Assembly: GCA_041662745.1 (NCBI GenBank)
Contig: JBAZRV010000003.1
Span: forward strand, 108,051-140,050
Length of the DNA: 32,000 nt
Direction of reading: 5' to 3'
Source of the DNA: Patescibacteria group bacterium
Lineage (GTDB): Bacteria; Patescibacteriota; Patescibacteriia; 2-01-FULL-39-33
Part shown: positions 18,680-26,006 of the stretch, one piece after another
Layout: each line of letters opens with the position of its first letter
Position numbering within the stretch: position 1 is the stretch's first letter
The notes under the pieces: generated by a model
What the model was told of the DNA's origin: nothing
What the model saw: only the letters and a program-made list of their open reading frames with translations
Databases searched by the model: none
Position numbers and translations under genes: made by a program

Positions 18680-19912
18680 TTAAACAGCGTTGTTTCCGGC
18701 GATGTAGCCGGTAGTCCAGCAGACCTGCAAATTGAAGCCGCCTGTCGGTCCGTCCAAATCCAGAATTTCTCCGGCTAAATATAGGTTGGCGATAATTTTT
18801 GAACGCATGGTCTTGGGGTCAACCTCACTGATCTTGACTCCGCCCTTGGTGATCATGGCCTTGTCATAGCCCTCTAATTTATTAATGGTAACTTTAAATT
18901 CCTTAAGTAATGAAAGCAGGGCTTTTCTTTCCGTGCGAGTAACGGCATTAACTTGCTTGGCGGGATTGATTCCGGCTGATTTTAACATAACAGCAATCAG
19001 TTTGGCCGGCGCTAAGCCGTTTAGGGCGTTTTTTACGGTTTTGTTTTGTTGTTTTTGCCAAGATTCCCGAAGATCAGCCTCAAGTTGCTTATTGTTTTTT
19101 AATGGGAAAAAGTCTATGGCGATGGAGGTGCCAGAGTTTAACTTGTCGGTGATTAGCCGGCTTAGGTTGATTGCGGTCGGACCGCTGATGCCGTTAGCGG
19201 TAAAAATCATATCGCCGATTTCCTGATTCAGCAAGTGATTGTTTTGTTTGACTGTTAATTTGATGTTTTTGCAACTCACACCCTCTAATGATCTGACGGT
19301 TTTGTCTCGCAGAATAATCGGGGTTAAAGCCGGCCGCGGCTCTATAATCGTATGCCCCAGTTTTTGCAGCCAGGCGTAGGCATCGCCGGTTGAGCCGGTT
19401 AAGGGGTAGGATTTCCCGCCGGTCGCCAATAAATAATTTTTAGCTGTTATTTCTTCGCCGCTTGCCAAGACAACTTTTTGGATTTTGTTATTTTGGGCAA
19501 TAATTTTTTTGACGGCCGAACCGATCTTTATTTCTATTTGATATTTTTTCAAATCAGCAAGCAAGGCCCCTAAGATGTCTTGCGCCCGATCGCTTCGAGG
19601 CAGAACCCGATTATAGTCCTCTATTTTTGCCTTAACTCCCCTGGCGGCGAAAAAATTAATCGTATCTGCAACATCAAACCTGCTGAAGCCGGATAATAAA
19701 AATTTGCCGTTATCACCATAATAACCGGCCAATGTCTTATGGTTGTCAATTTTATTGGTAAAGTTGCAACGCCCATTGCCGCTCAGCAACAGTTTTATCC
19801 CCGGCTGGCGGTTTTTTTCAATTATAACCGTTTTGGCGCCAAGTTCGCCGGCGCGGTTGGCGGCCATTAGTCCGGCTGGTCCGGCGCCGATTATCATTAA
19901 ATCATAGATCAT
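18680..19912 (-). CDS. HI0933-family NAD(P)/FAD-dependent oxidoreductase
   Basis: MIYDLMIIGAGPAGLMAANRAGELGAKTVIIEKNRQPGIKLLLSGNGRCNFTNK...GLRFLDLDGPTGGFNLQVCWTTGYIAG-type end. Confidence 0.94.
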   Translation of the reverse strand: MIYDLMIIGAGPAGLMAANRAGELGAKTVIIEKNRQPGIKLLLSGNGRCNFTNKIDNHKTLAGYYGDNGKFLLSGFSRFDVADTINFFAARGVKAKIEDYNRVLPRSDRAQDILGALLADLKKYQIEIKIGSAVKKIIAQNNKIQKVVLASGEEITAKNYLLATGGKSYPLTGSTGDAYAWLQKLGHTIIEPRPALTPIILRDKTVRSLEGVSCKNIKLTVKQNNHLLNQEIGDMIFTANGISGPTAINLSRLITDKLNSGTSIAIDFFPLKNNKQLEADLRESWQKQQNKTVKNALNGLAPAKLIAVMLKSAGINPAKQVNAVTRTERKALLSLLKEFKVTINKLEGYDKAMITKGGVKISEVDPKTMRSKIIANLYLAGEILDLDGPTGGFNLQVCWTTGYIAGNNAV

Positions 19913-20090
19913 ATTGGTGATTATATCATGATTATGATTATTAATAAAAACACCGTTAAAAAATAAAAAGCCGCCTACCGGATTTGTGGGGCTTTGTTAC
20001 GAAATACTTACCCCGTTATGTCGCTCACTATAATTAAATGCAAATATAAAAGCGGACATCCCAATGGAATGCCCGCTAAATGAACTACTG

Positions 20091-21860
20091 CTATTTTGGC
20101 AAACTGCCTAATAAATCTTGCAAATACCTGCTGAATTCATTGCGCCACTGGTTTGGTATGTGCCTTGAAACTAAGTCGCGGTTATCAATCACAACCTGCA
20201 AATCGCGCCTGATGCCGTCTAGCCCGCATTCATCAATAATATCTTCTTCAAGCTTGAACGGGTCATAATCTACTGGACTGCCATCTTGGCCAATCGCATA
20301 GTGAATATTGTAGAGAGCGCCGGCCGAATCATTATTGTCTTTATTGGCATCATTGGCTGCCCGTCGCATCGCCATTTTGTACTCCTCAACTTGTACCGGG
20401 GAGTATTTATTACGTTTCGTTTCTTTGGCGATATAAACAAAGCCTTCTTTCGTTTCTCCATCAACCAGTGCCACCGCCTCGGTTTGCCAGACCGAGATGT
20501 CAACCGGGTTGCCGTATTCAACTTGTCCGGCCAGACCGAATAGCGGCGTAGCATCAAACTCAGTGCCGATAAAGAGAATGTCACTGCGCGAGCAGAGCTG
20601 CTGGAAATGCGAAGCTCCCAGCCCCTGGGAGTGATTAACCAGGCGTATTCCTATTTGCAACGCATCCGTCATTTGCCTTGTTGTGTAGTCTATTTGCTTC
20701 TCAATTACCGCGCCGGCATTACTGAAGTGGCGGAAACCGAATTGGACATTAAGGCGCCCTGTTGTTTCATCTCGGTCAATTCCCGCCAGAGCAGAAATCG
20801 CATCCTGGGGTATGATCAAGATATAGTCGGTCAGCCTTTTGTTAAGATTCTCCAGCCGATCGGCCGTAACAGGCGACCAACTATGGACATATACGACGGC
20901 TTGGCAGACATTGCGGCCGGAATTGTAAACATCCGCGCCTTGAGCCAGCAAGAAATACCGATCCTTGTTGACGGTCATATCGCCAGGCAATCGATCTTCA
21001 TAGGGCGCGCATTGGACTATATGGATTTTATCTCCGACCAATACCCACTCTAAACTGAAATCACCATGTTCTTTAAGTTTGGCCAGTTTTTCAAAAAATC
21101 TGCAGAATTCACCAAAATTAATGGAACGATGAATTTCTAAGTACTGACTACTAATTTGGCCGATGTCACCTGTTTGTAATTGAATCGTATCGGCCTTTTT
21201 CAAATCCCAGATGTCTCTATAAAAATGTAACGGCTTATTTGGGTCGGGATCTTGATTATAAATCAGGCCACCACCCTTAACCGCTTGAGTGCCAAGTCCG
21301 ACCACTAACCGAACTGTCGGCAATCCTTGATAGGAAGTGTAAGCCACTCCCGACAAAGACGGTAACCAATAGCCATCAAATTCAAAACCTTGCACCGGCT
21401 GGATGAATATTGCCATCCCGAACGGCGCTTGGTTTTTTTCTCGCCACGCTTTGGCATCCGGCGACAGCTCACTGGCGTAAACCTCGCGTTCTTTCTCCCA
21501 AAGCAATTGCAAATCACGTTCACGATCGCCATTAGGTACAAAAAAAGTTGATTGGTAGATGCCGGTACCGCCCCGCTCGGACAGAGCCGTAGAACGAATA
21601 GCATATGGCTTACCTGTTAACATCCCATTTAAAATATCTCGATTGATTACTGTCAGGAATATTGGGCACTCAACGCCGTTTAGTTGTTCCGGCGAACTTT
21701 CCTCGTTAAGTCCAAGATTATCCAATGTTTCAGCGAAAATATCTGACAGGATTACGATCCCCTCCGGAATATTCATTCCTAAAGAGATAATCAATCCCGC
21801 AAACCGTTCCAAATCCTCAACTTTGCGGCCCTTTGATCCGGTGCCATAGGTTTTGAACAT
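20091..21860 (-). CDS. PEP/pyruvate-binding (PPDK N-terminal, ATP-grasp-like) domain protein, 589 aa
   Basis: LERFAGLIISLGMNIPEGIVIL...PYAIRSTALSERGGTGIYQSTFFVP...AYTSYQGLPTVRLVVGLGTQAVKG...FSLEWVLVGDKIHIVQCAPYE match the PpsA/PPDK nucleotide-binding domain order; no phosphoenolpyruvate TIM-barrel seen. Confidence 0.8.
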   Translation of the reverse strand: MFKTYGTGSKGRKVEDLERFAGLIISLGMNIPEGIVILSDIFAETLDNLGLNEESSPEQLNGVECPIFLTVINRDILNGMLTGKPYAIRSTALSERGGTGIYQSTFFVPNGDRERDLQLLWEKEREVYASELSPDAKAWREKNQAPFGMAIFIQPVQGFEFDGYWLPSLSGVAYTSYQGLPTVRLVVGLGTQAVKGGGLIYNQDPDPNKPLHFYRDIWDLKKADTIQLQTGDIGQISSQYLEIHRSINFGEFCRFFEKLAKLKEHGDFSLEWVLVGDKIHIVQCAPYEDRLPGDMTVNKDRYFLLAQGADVYNSGRNVCQAVVYVHSWSPVTADRLENLNKRLTDYILIIPQDAISALAGIDRDETTGRLNVQFGFRHFSNAGAVIEKQIDYTTRQMTDALQIGIRLVNHSQGLGASHFQQLCSRSDILFIGTEFDATPLFGLAGQVEYGNPVDISVWQTEAVALVDGETKEGFVYIAKETKRNKYSPVQVEEYKMAMRRAANDANKDNNDSAGALYNIHYAIGQDGSPVDYDPFKLEEDIIDECGLDGIRRDLQVVIDNRDLVSRHIPNQWRNEFSRYLQDLLGSLPK

Positions 21861-21881
21861 ATCCGATCCTCCTTGGTTGGT

Positions 21882-21907
21882 TGTGAATATTTAATGTGAA
21901 TATTTAA
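21882..21907. repeat. Tandem 13-bp direct repeat TGTGAATATTTAA x2 in the leader of the PPDK-like gene
   Basis: tgtgaatatttaatgtgaatatttaa, perfect. Confidence 0.85.
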
Positions 21908-21934
21908 TAATGTAAGGTGCTTACTTAACGTGTT

Positions 21935-21962
21935 ATATTAGCAGATAACATCAAAAAGTCAA
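21935..21962 (-). promoter_or_regulatory. Promoter of the PPDK-like gene
   Basis: Minus strand TTGACT-N16-TAATAT, then an AAGGAGG ribosome-binding site 5' of ATG at 21860. Confidence 0.55.
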
Positions 21963-22000
21963 GAGTTTGGTTCTAACGTCCATATCTCATCATCAAATAA

Positions 22001-22025
22001 CGCCGAGAACATGGGGTTCTCGGCG
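22001..22025. terminator. Perfect 10-bp hairpin CGCCGAGAAC-atggg-GTTCTCGGCG
   Basis: Direct reading; identical stem recurs at 30000-30025. Confidence 0.7.
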
Positions 22026-22036
22026 TTTAATTTGTA

Positions 22037-22435
22037 CTAAGCGCCTAAACTTTTCAGATAGGCAATCGCTTCTTCGACCGTCGGCACAATCAAGCCGTAT
22101 TGCGCCAGAGTTTTTTTGGTGAAGTCTGGCTAGACGCTGTCCGGCCAAATCAAGATAATACGTTTAATGGACGGATCTTGCTTGATTTTCTGCTCATGCC
22201 AGCAATAGAAATAGCCAATCTCAGGTCCGATTCCCGGCAGAGGAAAGGAGGGTACCAAGGAGATCATGAATCCTGACTGTTTGATTGCTTTGTGATTTTG
22301 TTCCTAATAGTCATTGCCTTTATACTCTTCCCAATCATAAATTTTCAAATCGGGAAAGGTGGCCTTTATCATTGCCTTATAAGGAAATGGCGCGCGTCTA
22401 TCCGGCGGTCCGCCGAGGAAGATGTCATAGTCCAT
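22037..22435 (-). pseudogene. Nucleoside 2-deoxyribosyltransferase-like ORF interrupted by two in-frame TAG codons
   Basis: Reverse strand from ATG at 22435: MDYDIFLGGPPDRRAPFPYKAMIKATFPDLKIYDWEEYKGNDY*EQNHKAIKQSGFMISLVPSFPLPGIGPEIGYFYCWHEQKIKQDPSIKRIILIWPDSV*PDFTKKTLAQYGLIVPTVEEAIAYLKSLGA*; stops at 22304-22306 and 22130-22132 are both in frame. Family call is tentative. Confidence 0.55.
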
Positions 22436-22715
22436 TAGTTTTCTCCTCATTTGTAAAATACGACTCAACAAATTTTTCAATTTGTTCTTTCGTTTCCGGA
22501 TCAGCGTATACTGCCACCAGAAAATCCGGTCCGCCTCGAGAAAACGGCCTCTGTAATAAACCGTGTCCCTCGGGATAATCAATGACGATTTGCGGCCAAA
22601 GTTCCAAGTTTTCAACCGTTGAGCAAAATGATCCAAGGTCATTAATAAGCTTGATAATTTGGTCAAGGCTAATTCTTCCAACATGGATTCGTTTAGATTT
22701 TTCGCTTTCCAGCAT
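22425..22715 (-). CDS. Hypothetical protein (96 aa), translationally coupled to the interrupted ORF
   Basis: MLESEKSKRIHVGRISLDQIIKLINDLGSF...; AAAGGAGG upstream; 11-nt overlap with the downstream ATG. Confidence 0.7.
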   Translation of the reverse strand: MLESEKSKRIHVGRISLDQIIKLINDLGSFCSTVENLELWPQIVIDYPEGHGLLQRPFSRGGPDFLVAVYADPETKEQIEKFVESYFTNEEKTNGL

Positions 22716-22774
22716 GAGTTTCCTCCTTTGTTTTGTTGGTAAAAAATTGTTAATGAGCAGTATTTATTGTCAGT

Positions 22775-22803
22775 ATCTTAATAAAGTAGTAGTTTTTTGT
22801 CAA
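22775..22803 (-). promoter_or_regulatory. Sigma70-like promoter of the 96-aa gene
   Basis: Minus strand TTGACA-N17-TAAGAT. Confidence 0.65.
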
Positions 22804-22865
22804 TAGTTCTAACATCCACGTTACGGTATCAAAAAACACCCCGATGATGGGGCGTTTTTCATGAA

Positions 22866-22986
22866 CTGGGTGTTTATGAACAAATCCGAACCGAATTTCA
22901 ACAAAATTCATGATCGGTCGGGCGGAATTCCCCCCCAAACCCCTCCTTCCGCCCGACCGAAACATCTGGACGGCTGAGGCGGAATT
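22866..22986 (+). repeat. 121-bp inverted repeat, left copy (recombinase 3' end plus hairpin)
   Basis: ctgggtgtttatgaacaaatccgaaccg...cggctgaggcggaatt is the exact reverse complement of 25752-25872; codes LGVYEQIRTEFQQNS* at its left end. Confidence 0.95.
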
Positions 22987-23029
22987 GCAATTTCCAATTT
23001 TTCTTTGGCGGCGGAATTTTTAATTAGTA

Positions 23030-23596
23030 TTATATACAAATTATACTTTTGAGATAAGTGAATATCACACTATGGGCGTATAAAAATAATAAAAAAGCTA
23101 ACAATATTAATACGATTGAAATCACCCGCATTTTAGAATAATCTACTAGTAAAAATTTTGGCACCTCATAAGTATTATTATCTATACAGTGATCATATAT
23201 TTTCAAAATATTATTTTTATTAATTACTTTTTTATCATTCTTGTCTATTGGATAAATCTGTCGATTATCAATTTTTATAATCGACATGGAATAAGTGTCC
23301 GTTTCTAATATACTATTAAAATATATATAAGTTTCGATTTTTCTTCCGCGATATATTCCGGATATAATATTCGACGCAGACTCACCAATAGGATTAATCT
23401 CTCTGAAATACTGAAATTTTAAATTATGCTTTTTTGCCCATATTCTTTCTTCGATACTTTTTAAAAAGCGGTAAAGGTACCATAAAAATACAAGGATAGA
23501 CAAAGACAACACTAAAGACGCGATAGCCAGAACTGGCTCACGTACATCAGAATCTAATGTTTTTGTAAAATAACAAACTAGTGGCGTAATTGACAT
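23030..23596 (-). CDS. Hypothetical membrane protein (188 aa, N- and C-terminal TM segments)
   Basis: PVLAIASLVLSLSILVFLWYLYRFL and ISIVLILLAFLLFLYAHSVIFTYL. Confidence 0.6.
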   Translation of the reverse strand: MSITPLVCYFTKTLDSDVREPVLAIASLVLSLSILVFLWYLYRFLKSIEERIWAKKHNLKFQYFREINPIGESASNIISGIYRGRKIETYIYFNSILETDTYSMSIIKIDNRQIYPIDKNDKKVINKNNILKIYDHCIDNNTYEVPKFLLVDYSKMRVISIVLILLAFLLFLYAHSVIFTYLKSIICI

Positions 23597-23599
23597 AAT

Positions 23600-24511
23600 T
23601 TAATTTAGATGTAGCCCAAAATTTGCCCCAAGACTAATGCATTCATCTTTTGCTTCTTGAGTTTTTGCCTTATTGCATTGACTTAAATCAGAATTATAGT
23701 GCTTCATAATCACCCAAAGGTAACACAATCCAGCCTTGCTTTGTAGCTTAACGTAATCACACATTGAGAGATCGCTAATATTTCCATTAGTTGCTCGGTT
23801 GACGATGCAATAATCTCTGTAGCCATCTGGTATATCAAGGCAATTTATTGGATTGTCATTCATTATGCCAGCGGAAGAAACAATCATATTATAACAATCT
23901 CCAATATTAGACTTATTACTAATTTTAGAGCAAAGAGAAAAATTACTATCTAGGTTATTACTAATAACCCAGCCATAACAATCACCAGAATTATATTTAG
24001 TGTCTGGCCCACCGTGAGTCGTTACCCCGCCTTGGATTTTATCGCAGTAACTTATTTTATCAGCATCTAAAACCCCACTACTAGCGTTTGTCATAATTGT
24101 TTGCTGACAATTCAAATCACAATTATTTTCAGTTTGCCAATAAGTGCATTTTCCTGAACAGCAGTTACACTGTTCGCTATATAACGATTGCATTTTTTGT
24201 CCTTGACAGTACATATATTTAAAGCAGCATTCGCCATTTTGATCGCCACAACCTTTATTTAAATCACCTAATAAGGCCACTGGTTTTGTAATTGGATTTG
24301 CAGTAGAATTCGGAGTAGCCACAACCGTCTTTGGTGTAGCACTTGGTGCTTTGGTAACTACTTGATTCTGTGCGGGAGCAGTTTGAGCGGCACCCTGCTC
24401 TTTTACTGGTTCTGGCTGTGCCTGATTTTGTTCAACTTTGGAAGCTCCAAGAGAGCACCCAGTCAGCAATATGGCGAGGCCAAGGGCTGAAAACACTAAA
24501 AGTTTTTTCAT
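23600..24511 (-). CDS. Cysteine-rich lipoprotein (303 aa)
   Basis: MKKLLVFSALGLAILLTGCSLGASK lipobox; mature region with more than 20 Cys (GCGDQNGECCFKYMYC..EQCNCCSGKC..NNCDLNC). Confidence 0.7.
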   Translation of the reverse strand: MKKLLVFSALGLAILLTGCSLGASKVEQNQAQPEPVKEQGAAQTAPAQNQVVTKAPSATPKTVVATPNSTANPITKPVALLGDLNKGCGDQNGECCFKYMYCQGQKMQSLYSEQCNCCSGKCTYWQTENNCDLNCQQTIMTNASSGVLDADKISYCDKIQGGVTTHGGPDTKYNSGDCYGWVISNNLDSNFSLCSKISNKSNIGDCYNMIVSSAGIMNDNPINCLDIPDGYRDYCIVNRATNGNISDLSMCDYVKLQSKAGLCYLWVIMKHYNSDLSQCNKAKTQEAKDECISLGANFGLHLN

Positions 24512-24534
24512 AATTTTTAATTTTTATTCTAAAT

Positions 24535-25335
24535 TTACGTTGTCATTTTCAACTCAAACTCTTTGAGTTTTTCAGAGTCATATTTATCATTAATGCGAGT
24601 CAGAATATCAAATATTCCTTTCCATAAACAAATACTAAACATCAATGGATAAAGAAAAATGAATAATGTTTGATATTCATAGCCAATATAGGCACGCAAG
24701 AATATGAATATTATCGCGGCTGGAAATATGGCAAACATAGCAGAAAAAGCAGACATCATAATAACTAATATTCTAACGAGCGCTGGATTGATCTGGTTCA
24801 ATACGATATTAAATAAATATTCTTCTTGGTTCTTGATTAAGTTTGATGACAAAAAAGCTTTAACCTTTTTCATAACACCTGACTGCATGGATTTAACCGT
24901 CAAATAGCCTTCTTGAATTGCAAAATAAATTAAATTTCCAAAAACTATATATGGACTTTTTAACGGATAATGTAAAATAACTCCACTAATAGAATAATGC
25001 TGGCCACTAGATATTGCAACAATAATAAAATAAGCGAATAGAGTGATGCCACCCACAAGAAGAATTGTGACTGGAGCGTAAATAAAAACTTCTCCCCATC
25101 TAAAATAAAATATTTTAAATAAACAATAAATAGCTAAAATCACCGTCTCAAATAAATAAACAAAAAACAAAGTATAAAAATCGTAGTAATTAAAAATTAC
25201 TCCCAAAAACGGTATAAAATTATAAGTCAATATATAAAAAGATTTGAGCGAAAAAAAGTCCTTAACAAATCGGCTAAACCCCATTTTGAGTAATGGCCAA
25301 AATTCTGAAGACTTTATGGCTGGTGGGTGATACAT
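24535..25335 (-). CDS. Polytopic membrane protein (266 aa), possibly DUF6498-like
   Basis: SFYILTYNFIPFLGVIFNYYDFYTLFFVYLFETVILAIYCLFKI and further TM helices; family suggestion is from memory. Confidence 0.6.
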   Translation of the reverse strand: MYHPPAIKSSEFWPLLKMGFSRFVKDFFSLKSFYILTYNFIPFLGVIFNYYDFYTLFFVYLFETVILAIYCLFKIFYFRWGEVFIYAPVTILLVGGITLFAYFIIVAISSGQHYSISGVILHYPLKSPYIVFGNLIYFAIQEGYLTVKSMQSGVMKKVKAFLSSNLIKNQEEYLFNIVLNQINPALVRILVIMMSAFSAMFAIFPAAIIFIFLRAYIGYEYQTLFIFLYPLMFSICLWKGIFDILTRINDKYDSEKLKEFELKMTT

Positions 25336-25386
25336 AAGTAGTAAATTGTTTATATTATAGCAAAAACTACATTCAAAAACAATAAA

Positions 25387-25593
25387 CTATTTTAGCAGTT
25401 CCCACGCTTCTACTCCTAAAGCATGAGCTAATTTGTTTAAATTTTCAAGCGTAGGATTAATATGTCCGCTTTCTACTCGACAGATATACGCACGGTCAAT
25501 TTTACTGGAACGAAAAACATCGCCTTGAGTCAGGCCTTTATCTTCCCTTATCTTCTTAAAATTATACGCTAATTTTTTACTTAATTTATGCAT
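25387..25593 (-). CDS. XRE-family helix-turn-helix regulator
   Basis: LAYNFKKIREDKGLTQGDVFRSSKIDRAYICRVESGHINPTLENLNKLAHALGVEAWELL; start at MHKLSKK preferred over track 25617. Confidence 0.88.
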   Translation of the reverse strand: MHKLSKKLAYNFKKIREDKGLTQGDVFRSSKIDRAYICRVESGHINPTLENLNKLAHALGVEAWELLK

Positions 25594-25703
25594 AGTTATC
25601 CACAGGTATTTTACCAATTATTGTATATTTAAACAATATTGCTGTATACTACAATATAGATGCTTGATTTAGCATTAAGAAAAAGAAAAAGTTTGATTTT
25701 GTC

Positions 25704-25733
25704 CAAAATAAAGTTCGAGCCGATTTTTTTAAT
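25704..25733 (-). repeat. 30-bp inverted duplicate of the recombinase gene segment at 27333-27362
   Basis: Reverse complement attaaaaaaatcggctcgaactttattttg identical to 27333-27362 (codes KKIGSNFIL). Confidence 0.9.
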
Positions 25734-25751
25734 CTGGTTCTTTGGCGGTTT

Positions 25752-25872
25752 AATTCCGCCTCAGCCGTCCAGATGTTTCGGTCGGGCGGAAGGAGGGGTT
25801 TGGGGGGGAATTCCGCCCGACCGATCATGAATTTTGTTGAAATTCGGTTCGGATTTGTTCATAAACACCCAG
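25752..25872 (-). repeat. 121-bp inverted repeat, right copy
   Basis: Exact reverse complement of 22866-22986. Confidence 0.95.
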
Positions 25873-25944
25873 CCAGTTCAATTTTTTCGAATTCAAAACC
25901 GAATTCCAACCGTTTTTTGGCTTAAATTCAAATTTTTTACCTTG
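25870..25944 (-). pseudogene. Remnant of a serine recombinase 3' end, opposite orientation
   Basis: Reverse complement matches 27363-27437 at 74 of 75 positions and reads on as KFEFKPKNGWNSVLNSKKLNWLGVYEQIRTEFQQNS* into the 121-bp repeat. Confidence 0.85.
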
Positions 25945-26006
25945 GTTCCGATTACTATCGGAACGCCAGAATCAAACTTTTTCTTTTTCTTTAATTCAAT
26001 CTAATT

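Noticed and set aside
22037-22435. Alternative genetic code (TAG or TGA reassigned) in this genome
   Set aside because: TAG terminates several other genes cleanly and TGA ends the 3180-3854 gene, so standard bacterial code fits.
22304-22684. The 126-aa track ORF taken at full length
   Set aside because: Its first 83 codons overlap the 96-aa gene out of frame and look non-protein-like; the credible start is ATG at 22435.
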